From NCBI GenBank assembly GCA_910584085.1, contig CAJTZY010000003.1, positions 1,701-65,700 of the forward strand: a DNA stretch of 64,000 nt, read 5' to 3'. Below the pieces are notes generated by a model. The model did no database searches. It had not been told where the DNA came from and saw nothing but the letters and a program-made list of their open reading frames with translations. Shown here in pieces: positions 20,624 to 29,639 of this stretch (position 1 is the first letter of the stretch; each line of letters starts with the position of its first letter). Source of the DNA: an uncultured Bacilli bacterium. GTDB lineage: Bacteria; Bacillota_I; Bacilli_A; RF39; UBA660. The position numbers were made by a program, and so were the translations under genes.

Positions 20624-21043
20624 ATGGTAGAAAAATTAGAAATAGAAAATTTAATATATGAAATAAGAGGAAAGCAAGTAATGTTAGATAGTGATTTGGC
20701 AAGACTTTATCAGGTAGAGACCAAAAGAATAAATGGGGCAGTAAAAAATAATCCTATGAAATTTCCAGAAAGATATAGTTGGATATTATCAGAAAATGAA
20801 TATAATTATTTGAGGTCGAAAATTTCGACCTCAAATAATAAGAGTAACTATGGAGGTAGAAGATACATACCAAGAGTCTTCACAGAAGAGGGTGTAGCAA
20901 TGCTTGCAACTGCACTAAAATCCGATATTGCAATAAGGACTAGCATAAAAATAATGGATACGTTTGTAAACATGAGAAAATTTATAATAGAAAATAAAGA
21001 TATGTTTAAAAGACTTACAACAGTTGAATATAAATTATTATAA
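20624..21043 (+). CDS. ORF6N-domain (KilA-N-like) DNA-binding protein
   Basis: IYEIRGKQVMLDSDLARLYQVETKRINGAVKNNPMKFPERY... and GGRRYIPRVFTEEGVAMLATALKS are hallmark ORF6N segments. Confidence 0.8.
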   Translation: MVEKLEIENLIYEIRGKQVMLDSDLARLYQVETKRINGAVKNNPMKFPERYSWILSENEYNYLRSKISTSNNKSNYGGRRYIPRVFTEEGVAMLATALKSDIAIRTSIKIMDTFVNMRKFIIENKDMFKRLTTVEYKLL

Positions 21044-21158
21044 ATATTTTTAAGGAAACCCCAAAGTTATTAATACATTGTTTTGTTTAGGCAAGTTTAT
21101 TGTAAAAAAATATAACTTTTATGATATAATAACAACTAATTGATTTAGGAGATAGATT

Positions 21159-22064
21159 ATGTATAAAAGTGATATTAATTTAAATTTATATAAAATATTT
21201 TACGAAGTTGCTTCAAATGAGAGTATATCTAGTGCATCTAAAAAATTGGTTATTACACAATCAGCTGTAAGTAAAGCTATAAAGAAATTAGAGGAAGATT
21301 TAAATACTAAATTATTCTATAGAAATTCAAAAGGAGTTAAATTAACAGATAAAGGTGAAGAACTACTTTTTTATGTAGAAGAAGCATTTAACAATTTAAT
21401 TACTGCCGAAAGGGCAATAGTAGAAAGTAAAACTTTAAATAAAGGTAAAATATCTATAGGAGTTCCCTCACAGATTGGGTCATTTTACATATTTGAAGAT
21501 ATTACCAATTTTCATAAAAAGTATCCAAATATAGAAATAACAATAATAAGTAAAACTACTACTCAATTATTAAAATTATTGGAACGACATGAAATTGATT
21601 TTATTATTGATACATCTCCAATTGATTCTAAAATGGATGATATAGTAATAAAATCTTTAATTGAAGTAGAAAATTGTTTTGTGGTTAATTCAGATACATC
21701 TATTTCTGTTGATAGAATTAAATCAATTAAAGATTTATCCAATTATCCTTTAGTTTTACCCATTAAAGGAGCAGATAACAGAAAGCAATTAGATAAAATT
21801 TTTGAAAAGAACAATGTTGAATTAAATAATGTAATAAATATCCATACAAGTGAAATGATAATTGGTTCAATAAAAAAAGATTTAGGTATAGGTTATATTA
21901 TATATGATGTAGTAAAGGATAATGTAAACAGTGGCGAATTTAAAATTATTAATATAAAAGAAAATTTACCAAAAGTGACCATTAATTTAGTATATATAAA
22001 AAAATATTTAACAATTGCGCCCAAGTTTTTTATAGAAAATTACCTAAATATCAATATTAATTAG
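21159..22064 (+). CDS. LysR-family transcriptional regulator
   Basis: The N-terminal HTH is ISSASKKLVITQSAVSKAIKKLEEDL. A LysR substrate-binding-type C-terminal half follows. Confidence 0.85.
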   Translation: MYKSDINLNLYKIFYEVASNESISSASKKLVITQSAVSKAIKKLEEDLNTKLFYRNSKGVKLTDKGEELLFYVEEAFNNLITAERAIVESKTLNKGKISIGVPSQIGSFYIFEDITNFHKKYPNIEITIISKTTTQLLKLLERHEIDFIIDTSPIDSKMDDIVIKSLIEVENCFVVNSDTSISVDRIKSIKDLSNYPLVLPIKGADNRKQLDKIFEKNNVELNNVINIHTSEMIIGSIKKDLGIGYIIYDVVKDNVNSGEFKIINIKENLPKVTINLVYIKKYLTIAPKFFIENYLNININ

Positions 22065-22149
22065 ATATGAATTTATTTCATATTACTTATGAAAAATCGA
22101 GAGGGTTTATTTAGTAAATTCAATGTTATAATTACTACAGGAGGTAAAT

Positions 22150-23280
22150 ATGGAAAACATAAAAACTACCGATTTAGCGGTACTAGCAAAATCATTTTAT
22201 TTGTTAGGCGATTCCCTTGATTACTGTTATGATTGTAAATATTGTAGATTAAATGGTGAAAAGTGTGAGGAAAAACATTACAATATTTTACCTAGTGAAA
22301 TTAATCCAAATTTTACTAATATACCTGTCGCCGTAAATTTATTTTATGGTGATCCACTATTACAAATTGATAATACTGTTAATTACCTAAGGAGGTTAGA
22401 AAAAGTTAAACATAAAGGTCCAGTTATAATTATAACAAAGGGAGATTATTCAAAATTTCCGGATGTAAAATTTAATTTAGATTTACATATAGCATTTTCT
22501 ACCTTTGGTGTTGATTCATATTTGGATGGAAATACTATGGAACGCTTTGAAAATAATTTAAAAGAAATAAAAAAACGAAAAAATAATTATAAATATTCAA
22601 TAGAATATCGACCAATAATATATAATGTTAATGATAGTATTGAAGCATTCGATAGAGTATTTAGCCTAGCAAAACAATATAATCTAGTCATAGGTTATTC
22701 TGGATTGCAGGGAAAGTCAGAAAGTGTAAAAATATGGAAAGAGCAAAAAATAGAATTACAACCATATCCGGGTTTCAAATTTGGACATAAAAAAATAATA
22801 GATGAAAAAATAATACAGTTATTTGAAAAATTAGCCCAAAGCTATAATGTGTCAGTATTCAGAAAAACATCCTGCTTATTTTCCTATGTACATGATTTAC
22901 CACGTGATTATAATGCTCATTACTATAGACCAACCGAGTTAGCTTGTAATAAATGTGTTATGCAGGAAAAGTGCAAAGCTTTCAAATCAAGTTTACCAAT
23001 TGAAAATGATTTACACAATATTATACCATTTGATTATGAAATAATAAATAAGCAAGAACATATATGTATATTAAAAAAGAAAGGTATTTGTGAATTTCCA
23101 ACTGAGGATTGTAGTCACATAAACGGGAATATTATTCATATTTCACAAATGCTTACAACCTCTGATGTAAGAATTATAAAATGGTTAACAGGATATACGG
23201 TTGATGCTAATTTTTACGAATCCCCTAAAATTAGTGAAGCTTGGGTAAAAGACAAATCATTGATACTAAGGAGAAAATAA
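22150..23280 (+). CDS. Cys-rich protein, possibly radical-SAM/SplB-like with a non-canonical CxxCxxC cluster
   Basis: The N-terminal motif is DYCYDCKYC. VNLFYGDPLLQ is GGEPLL-like. C-terminal Cys clusters are CNKCVMQEKC and CILKKKGICEFPTEDCSH. The family assignment is tentative. Confidence 0.4.
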   Translation: MENIKTTDLAVLAKSFYLLGDSLDYCYDCKYCRLNGEKCEEKHYNILPSEINPNFTNIPVAVNLFYGDPLLQIDNTVNYLRRLEKVKHKGPVIIITKGDYSKFPDVKFNLDLHIAFSTFGVDSYLDGNTMERFENNLKEIKKRKNNYKYSIEYRPIIYNVNDSIEAFDRVFSLAKQYNLVIGYSGLQGKSESVKIWKEQKIELQPYPGFKFGHKKIIDEKIIQLFEKLAQSYNVSVFRKTSCLFSYVHDLPRDYNAHYYRPTELACNKCVMQEKCKAFKSSLPIENDLHNIIPFDYEIINKQEHICILKKKGICEFPTEDCSHINGNIIHISQMLTTSDVRIIKWLTGYTVDANFYESPKISEAWVKDKSLILRRK

Positions 23281-23906
23281 TGAAGATAGGATTAGATATA
23301 GATGGAATTATATTAGATTTTGAAAGAACCATGAGAACATATGCTGAACTATATGATTTGTTAATATTAAGAAAAAATGGAGTAAATAATCCAGATCAAT
23401 TTGATTATTTAAAACGATATGATTGGACTGATGAAGAAAGAAAAAATTTTGTTAATAACTATTTAATATATGCAACAATTAATTCAACTCCACTAATTCC
23501 ATTAGTTAAAGAAATGTTAGAGTTGTTTAAAGTAGAGGGATATCAATTTGAATTTATAACTGCTAGGGGATTAATAAAAAAAGAAACTAAAGATGCAGTA
23601 ATTCAAGTATTTAAAAAGAATAATTTACCAACTGATAACATACATTGGGGTGTTAAGGATAAAGTTTCAAAATGTAAAGAATTGGGAATTGATTTAATGG
23701 TAGAAGATAATCCTAATACATGTAAATTATTAAAAAATCAAAAAATAAGAACTATATATTTTAGATATAAAGATAACGAAAAGATTGAAGAGAATGAATT
23801 TTTAATTGAAGTATCAAATGTTGGTGAAATATGTAGATATATATTTAATCTTAATGGATTAAAAAATTCAAAAGAAACATACAAAAAAATATTAAAAAGT
23901 GAGTAA
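23280..23906 (+). CDS. HAD-superfamily 5'(3')-deoxyribonucleotidase-like hydrolase
   Basis: MKIGLDIDGIILDF carries the DxD nucleophile motif. The start overlaps the previous stop (taATGa). ITARG and VEDNP match HAD motifs II-IV. Confidence 0.6.
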   Translation: MKIGLDIDGIILDFERTMRTYAELYDLLILRKNGVNNPDQFDYLKRYDWTDEERKNFVNNYLIYATINSTPLIPLVKEMLELFKVEGYQFEFITARGLIKKETKDAVIQVFKKNNLPTDNIHWGVKDKVSKCKELGIDLMVEDNPNTCKLLKNQKIRTIYFRYKDNEKIEENEFLIEVSNVGEICRYIFNLNGLKNSKETYKKILKSE

Positions 23907-24094
23907 TCAATATATGATTAATAATAGATATATGAAACTGATAGACTATGTAAGAAATCGCATAGTTTAAAAAAGTATTTACTAATAAAATGAATGGTAT
24001 ATAAGTACGTTTATATGATATATATCAATAAAAAAACAACACTAGTTGATTATTTATTGATACAATTATAGATAAGTGTTGGATAACATACATT

Positions 24095-24123
24095 GTTGCA
24101 TATTTGTTGATGCAACTTTTTTT
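24095..24123 (+). terminator. terminator-like hairpin with T-run 36 nt upstream of the MMPL gene start (upstream terminator or leader attenuator)
   Basis: A stem pairing gttgca(t) with (a)tgcaac is followed by T7. Confidence 0.6.
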
Positions 24124-24158
24124 ATAAAAGAATAAAATGTAAGGATGAGGAGGGAAAT

Positions 24159-27100
24159 ATGAAAAAAATTAGAGAATTTATAACTAATCATAGTTTACTA
24201 ATAGTTATTATTTCAATATTACTTATGGCCCCAGCACTCATAGGCTATGTAAATACTAGAATAAACTATGATATATTAGTTTATTTACCAGAAGATATAG
24301 AGACAATTAAAGGAGAAAATATATTAACAGATGAATTTGGACTAGGTGCATACGCATTTGTCATGGTTGATAATATGTCTAATTATGATATTTTAAAATT
24401 AGAGGATGAAATAAAAAATATAGATGATGTTAATATTGCGGTCAGTTTGGCAGATATATTAGATACATCTATCCCATATGAGATATTGCCTGATGAAATT
24501 AAAGACAAACTATATAAAGATAATGAGACTATCATAATGGTAACATTTAACGGAGGTACAAGTGAAGACTCTACAATAGAAGCAATAGATAAATTAAGAG
24601 AAGTAGTAGGTGATTCTACTAAAATAAGTAGTATGACTGCAATGGTACTAGATACTATGAATTTATCTGATCAAGAAATAGTTGCATACGTTCTAATAGC
24701 AGTAATATTTTGTTTAATAGTATTATTAATTGCAACGGATTCATACTTAATACCACTTTTCCTACTTTCAAATATAGGTATTGCAATATTATATAACCTA
24801 GGTAGTAATATTTTTCTAGGGCAAATTTCCTATATTACAAAAGCAATAACTGCAATTTTACAACTTGGTGTTACAACAGACTTTTCAATATTTTTATATC
24901 ACAAATATGAACTATACAAAAGTGAAGATAGTGATAAAAAAATAGCTATGGGTAAAGCTATAAAAGATACATTTAAATCAGTAATAGGTTCATCACTTAC
25001 AACAGTTGCGGGATTTCTCGCACTTTGCTCGATGGATTTAACACTAGGACGTGATATTGGCATAGTAATGGCCAAGGGAGTAGTATGTGGTCTTATATGT
25101 GTACTTACACTTTTCCCATCATTGTTACTTGTATTTGATAAATTAATAGAAAAAACAAAACATAAGAGTATATTTCCAAAATTTAAAGGTATTCAAAAAT
25201 TTTCTATTAAACACCATATATTAATATTAATTATATTTGTAGTACTTATGATACCAGCTTATATTGGTAATAGTAATTACAAAGTCTATTACAAACTTGA
25301 TGAGTCATTACCAGATGATTTAGCATTTAATATAGCAAACACAGAGCTTGCAGAAAAATTTAATATAGTTTCACCTGAAATTATATTAATAGATAAAGAT
25401 ATAAAAAGCAATGATATAATTGAACTTACGGATGAACTAAAAAATATAGAGGGAATTGACTTAGTTCTTACCCCAGCTAGTATATTAGATTTTGGACTTC
25501 CAGAATTCATGATTCCAGATAGTTTAATGAATATTATGAATAATAATAAATATCAACTTATAATATTAAATTCTACATATGAAATTGCAAGTGATGAATT
25601 AAATAAACAAGTAGGTATTATAAAAGATATTGTAAATAAATATGATAAAAATGGTTTGGTAGCAGGAGAAGGTCCTCTTATGAAAGACTTAGTAGAAATA
25701 GCAGATCATGATTTTAAAATGGTAAATTATACATCAATAATAGTCATATTTGTAATAATGTTATTTGTATTAAAATCTATAGGACTCCCAGTAATATTAA
25801 TATTTTCAATAGAATTTGCGATATTTATAAATATGGCGGTCGCATACTATACAGGTGTAGAACTTCCATTTATCGCATCAATAGTAGTTGGAACAATACA
25901 ACTTGGTGCGACTATAGATTATGCAATACTTATGTCTACAAAATATTTGGAAGAAAGGAAATATGAAAAAGATAAATATAAAGCTATAGAAAATACCCTT
26001 AGTGTAACTGTACCATCCATAATAGTTTCATCACTTTGCTTCTTTGCTGCTACAATTGGAGTTGCAGTTTATACTAAGATAGATATGATAGGAGCTATTT
26101 GTGAATTACTTTCACGTGGTTCGATAATAAGTATGTTAGTAGTTGTACTTATTCTTCCAAGTTTACTTCTTGTATTTGATAAGATAATTATGAAAACTAC
26201 TATGATAGGAGGAAAAAATAAAATGAAAAAAAGTTTAAAATTATTAATTATTGCAATTTTAATTATTCCAAGTAGCTCTTTTGCATTAACTAAAAAAGAA
26301 ACAGTTTATTCAAATCTGGATTATTACGGTAAAGTAAATAATACTATGGTAACAAATCATATATATAATAGTGAAACAACAACTTTAGAAGATGAAACAG
26401 AACTTACTAATATATTAAATATAAATGGTAAAGAAAAATTTGAATTAAATGAAAATAAACTTTCTTGGAATGCTATTGGTAATGATATATTTTATAGGGG
26501 GAGTGCAACTAAAGTACTTCCAATAGAAACTACGGTTACATATTATTTAAACAATAAAAAAATGGATATCAAAGATATGATAGGTAAGAGTGGTAAAGTT
26601 AAAATAGTGTTAAATTTTAAAAATAATATATCTAACTTAACTAAAATAAATAATAAACTTGAAACATTATATACACCATTTGTAGTAACTGTAGGAACTA
26701 TTCTTGATATAAATAGTACAAATATAAATGTTACCAATGGCAAAGTTATAAATACTGGAACAAGAAATATGGTAGTAGGATTGTCATCTCCAGGTATCTA
26801 TGAAAGTATGCATATAGAAAGTTTGAAAGGACTAGATGAGATAACTATTTCCTATGACACAACTAAATTTAATTTAAATAATATTTATATAGTATCTACG
26901 CCTAAATTACTTGAAGAAAGTGATTTAGAAATATTTGATAAAATGGATTCTCTAACTCAAAGTGTAAATTCGTTAAAAAGTAATATGGGTTTAATAGAAA
27001 GTAGCGTTAAAGAATTAGAGAGTGGAATATCTACTATAGGTAGTGGTTCAGATAATATTACGACTAATTTAAAAACTGTTTTAGATTCTTTAAAATTAAT

Positions 27101-27785
27101 AGAAAATGGTTCAATTAGTTTAAACGATGGGTTAAATGAGGCAATAGGTAAATTAAAAAATTCTATAAGTGGTATAAATTTTACTGATTCTTTAACAAAT
27201 TTAAATGTGTTAAAAGAGGGAAATAATAGTGCAATAAGTAAATTAGAACAAGCAAATAGTGAAATTGAACCAATTTATACTAAGTATGATTTATCAAACA
27301 TTGAAATAGCTAATATAAGTGAACAGAGTCTCTTAGCAGTAAAGAAAACTTATGAAAGTAATTTATCACTAATTGCTTTATTAAGTAAAAATAATGAAGC
27401 CATTGATAGTACAATATCAACACTTACAAATATTCCTACACTTATAAATAGTCTTAGTAATGGATTAGAAGAATTAAAAAATGGTTCAAGTATGATTTCA
27501 TCAAACTTAACTAAATTAAGAATTGGTGTAGATGAATTGTATAATGGGATGCAAAGCTTAAATGCTGGTATAATAAAAATAAATGATGGAACTAAAAAAC
27601 TAAGTAGTGGCATTAGTGAATTTAGTAATAAAGGAATAAACACTTTATATAATTATTCATTAAACATAAGTAGTTACAGTAATAAAGCAGAAGCACTTAT
27701 AAATTTAAGTAATAATTATAAAGGTTATACATCACAACTTGCAGATTCTACATTATTTATTTCAATGATAAAGTCTGCTAAATAA
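24159..27785 (+). CDS. MMPL/RND-type membrane transporter fused in frame to a YhgE/Pip-like secreted domain
   Basis: The first ~690 aa contain two 6-TM bundles, each with a large extracytoplasmic loop. An internal SD, ATG (26223) and signal-peptide-like MKKSLKLLIIAILIIPSSSFA follow. The C-terminal region has LxxGxxxL repeats (LNDGLNEAIGKL, LSNGLEELKNGS, INDGTKKLSSGISEF). Confidence 0.7.
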   Translation: MKKIREFITNHSLLIVIISILLMAPALIGYVNTRINYDILVYLPEDIETIKGENILTDEFGLGAYAFVMVDNMSNYDILKLEDEIKNIDDVNIAVSLADILDTSIPYEILPDEIKDKLYKDNETIIMVTFNGGTSEDSTIEAIDKLREVVGDSTKISSMTAMVLDTMNLSDQEIVAYVLIAVIFCLIVLLIATDSYLIPLFLLSNIGIAILYNLGSNIFLGQISYITKAITAILQLGVTTDFSIFLYHKYELYKSEDSDKKIAMGKAIKDTFKSVIGSSLTTVAGFLALCSMDLTLGRDIGIVMAKGVVCGLICVLTLFPSLLLVFDKLIEKTKHKSIFPKFKGIQKFSIKHHILILIIFVVLMIPAYIGNSNYKVYYKLDESLPDDLAFNIANTELAEKFNIVSPEIILIDKDIKSNDIIELTDELKNIEGIDLVLTPASILDFGLPEFMIPDSLMNIMNNNKYQLIILNSTYEIASDELNKQVGIIKDIVNKYDKNGLVAGEGPLMKDLVEIADHDFKMVNYTSIIVIFVIMLFVLKSIGLPVILIFSIEFAIFINMAVAYYTGVELPFIASIVVGTIQLGATIDYAILMSTKYLEERKYEKDKYKAIENTLSVTVPSIIVSSLCFFAATIGVAVYTKIDMIGAICELLSRGSIISMLVVVLILPSLLLVFDKIIMKTTMIGGKNKMKKSLKLLIIAILIIPSSSFALTKKETVYSNLDYYGKVNNTMVTNHIYNSETTTLEDETELTNILNINGKEKFELNENKLSWNAIGNDIFYRGSATKVLPIETTVTYYLNNKKMDIKDMIGKSGKVKIVLNFKNNISNLTKINNKLETLYTPFVVTVGTILDINSTNINVTNGKVINTGTRNMVVGLSSPGIYESMHIESLKGLDEITISYDTTKFNLNNIYIVSTPKLLEESDLEIFDKMDSLTQSVNSLKSNMGLIESSVKELESGISTIGSGSDNITTNLKTVLDSLKLIENGSISLNDGLNEAIGKLKNSISGINFTDSLTNLNVLKEGNNSAISKLEQANSEIEPIYTKYDLSNIEIANISEQSLLAVKKTYESNLSLIALLSKNNEAIDSTISTLTNIPTLINSLSNGLEELKNGSSMISSNLTKLRIGVDELYNGMQSLNAGIIKINDGTKKLSSGISEFSNKGINTLYNYSLNISSYSNKAEALINLSNNYKGYTSQLADSTLFISMIKSAK

Positions 27786-27812
27786 AGGGAAACTTAATCC
27801 CTTTTTATTTAT
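27784..27812 (+). terminator. Rho-independent terminator
   Basis: A stem pairing aaaggga with tcccttt runs into a T-rich tail and overlaps the stop codon. Confidence 0.7.
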
Positions 27813-27879
27813 TATAAAATTTTTTATTTCTTTTTAATTATTTTTTAATATATACATATTATTAATTGAGGAGAGATTT

Positions 27880-28959
27880 ATGAAAAGGAAAATTTTAATA
27901 TTTTTTATAACCCTTTTATTAGGAATTACTTGTGTTAAAGCCGCCAGCATTGATTATTTAAATGTATCTGATGAAAAAGATTTAGAAGCTTGTTTTAATA
28001 GAGATAATTTATGTAAACTTACAGCAGATATCGCACTTACTTCATCTAAAAGTATAAGTAATCAAGTGGTTCTTGATTTAAATGGGCATGTAATCGCACC
28101 TGATGCGAAGTTAAATTTATCAACGGGATTAATATCTGTTGAAAGGGGTGGGAAACTTACAATAGATGATTCCAAGGGAAATGGAAAAATAACTTCCGGA
28201 AACAATATTTATGCTGCAATTCAGATGCTTACTAAAAGTGATACAGGTAATACACCAGCAGAGTTAGTAGTTAATAATGGAACACTTGAAGGGTATTACT
28301 ATGGAATAACAGGAAACGGAACTAGAGATAATACTAAAATTACAATAAATGGTGGTACCATAAAAACATTAAATGATGATAGTGCAGGTATTTTCGAACC
28401 ACAAACAGGAGAAATAATTGTTAATGGTGGATCCATTCAAGGTGGAACAGGAATTGAGATAAGGGCAGGTAGCTTAACCGTAAATGGGGGAACTATAAAG
28501 GGAACTTCAGTATTTACAAAAACTCCTAATGGAAGTGGAACAACAACAAATGGTGTTGGAATTACAGTAGCTCAACATGTTACTAAAAAACCAATAAATG
28601 TTAATATAAAAAATGGAGATATAAGTGGTCAATATGCATTCTATGAATGGAATCCACAAAAGAGTACCAAGGAAGAATTAAGTAAAATAAGTCTATCAAT
28701 AAATGGTGGTGACTTTAAAACAACATTAACTGATGGGCTTGCCGTTTATAGTGAAGATTTTACAGGATTTATTCATGGAGGTAAATTCAATTCAGATGTT
28801 TCAAAATATCTAGCTAGTGGAGCTCAAACAACAGCAAAAATAATAGATGGGGTGCAAACTGAAAAAAAAGGACATGGAATGCTTTATGGAATAATTATTG
28901 CTATTACATTTGTGGCTTGCTACCTACTATATAGACAATATAAATTTAAATTAAAATAG
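27880..28959 (+). CDS. secreted, C-terminally membrane-anchored protein with beta-helix-like NGG(T/S)I repeats
   Basis: Signal peptide present. Repeated motifs are VNNGTLEG, INGGTIKT, VNGGSIQGG, VNGGTIKGT and INGGDFKT. A C-terminal TM segment (MLYGIIIAITFVACYLLY) is followed by basic residues. Confidence 0.6.
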   Translation: MKRKILIFFITLLLGITCVKAASIDYLNVSDEKDLEACFNRDNLCKLTADIALTSSKSISNQVVLDLNGHVIAPDAKLNLSTGLISVERGGKLTIDDSKGNGKITSGNNIYAAIQMLTKSDTGNTPAELVVNNGTLEGYYYGITGNGTRDNTKITINGGTIKTLNDDSAGIFEPQTGEIIVNGGSIQGGTGIEIRAGSLTVNGGTIKGTSVFTKTPNGSGTTTNGVGITVAQHVTKKPINVNIKNGDISGQYAFYEWNPQKSTKEELSKISLSINGGDFKTTLTDGLAVYSEDFTGFIHGGKFNSDVSKYLASGAQTTAKIIDGVQTEKKGHGMLYGIIIAITFVACYLLYRQYKFKLK

Positions 28960-28973
28960 TAAATAAAAAATTA

Positions 28974-28998
28974 AAATAGAGCAATCTATTTTTTTTCT
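28974..28998 (+). terminator. Rho-independent terminator
   Basis: An 8-bp stem pairs aaaataga with tctatttt across the loop gcaa. A T-run follows. Confidence 0.75.
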
Positions 28999-29097
28999 TT
29001 TAAAATGTATAGACAAATTAGGTATTTATGATACAATAGAATTATTATTAATATAGTAATTTAACAATATTATAAATTTTAAAATGGGAGGAAAATT

Positions 29098-29499
29098 ATG
29101 AGTAAAGTTTATTTTACAAAAGAAATTACAGAAAATAGTTTAATAAGAATATATGAAGCAGTAGGTAAAAATTTAGAGGGAAAAGTAGCAGTAAAAATTT
29201 CAACTGGAGAACCTGGAGGACATAACTTTTTAAATCCAAATTTAATTAAAGGATTAGTTCAAAAGTTAAACGGAACAATAGTTGAATGTAATACAGCATA
29301 TCAAGGAAGAAGAAATACAACTGATGAATATTTAAAGGTAGTAGATAAGGCCTGTATAGATTTAATATATGATTCAAAAGATTCAGGAAGAGATCATTTT
29401 GTAGAAAGAGTCGAAAGACAAAATGGGACACATATAATTGACTATGCTGAAAACATTGGTATAGGAACAACTAATTATGAATTAATTACATTAGATTAA
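29098..29499 (+). CDS. DUF362-family remnant (apparent large in-frame internal deletion)
   Basis: The N-terminus MSKVYFTKEIT...VAVKISTGEPGGHNFLNPNLIKGLVQKLNGTIVECNTAYQGRRNTT joins directly to a C-terminal-type segment, DKACIDLIYDS...GIGTTNYELITLD. The middle of the family as I remember it is missing, including a DCDCD-type Cys motif. Confidence 0.5.
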   Translation: MSKVYFTKEITENSLIRIYEAVGKNLEGKVAVKISTGEPGGHNFLNPNLIKGLVQKLNGTIVECNTAYQGRRNTTDEYLKVVDKACIDLIYDSKDSGRDHFVERVERQNGTHIIDYAENIGIGTTNYELITLD

Positions 29500-29528
29500 A
29501 AAAATCAAACAAAAATAAAAAATTTTTC

Positions 29529-29557
29529 TTGAAAAAATTTAAAAAAAGTTTTATAAT
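29529..29557 (+). promoter_or_regulatory. sigma-A promoter (TTGAAA-N17-TATAAT)
   Basis: ttgaaa at 29529-34 and tataat at 29552-57. Confidence 0.65.
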
Positions 29558-29602
29558 TAATTAGTCGACCAGCTTATGGAATAAAATAATATTAATAATC
29601 CT

Positions 29603-29639
29603 AATGCGTATAATGTCAAATTATATGCATTATTTTTTT
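29603..29639 (+). terminator. intrinsic terminator inside the leader of the MATE gene (candidate attenuator)
   Basis: A 12-bp stem (one G-U) pairs aatgcgtataat with attatatgcatt across a 5-nt loop, then aT7. It lies downstream of the promoter at 29529-57 and 46 nt upstream of ATG 29685. Confidence 0.7.

Noticed and set aside
26223-27785. Independent gene for the YhgE/Pip-like secreted domain
   Set aside because: No stop codon separates it from the MMPL part in the sequence as given, so it is annotated as a fusion. The suspicious junction is reported as a finding instead.
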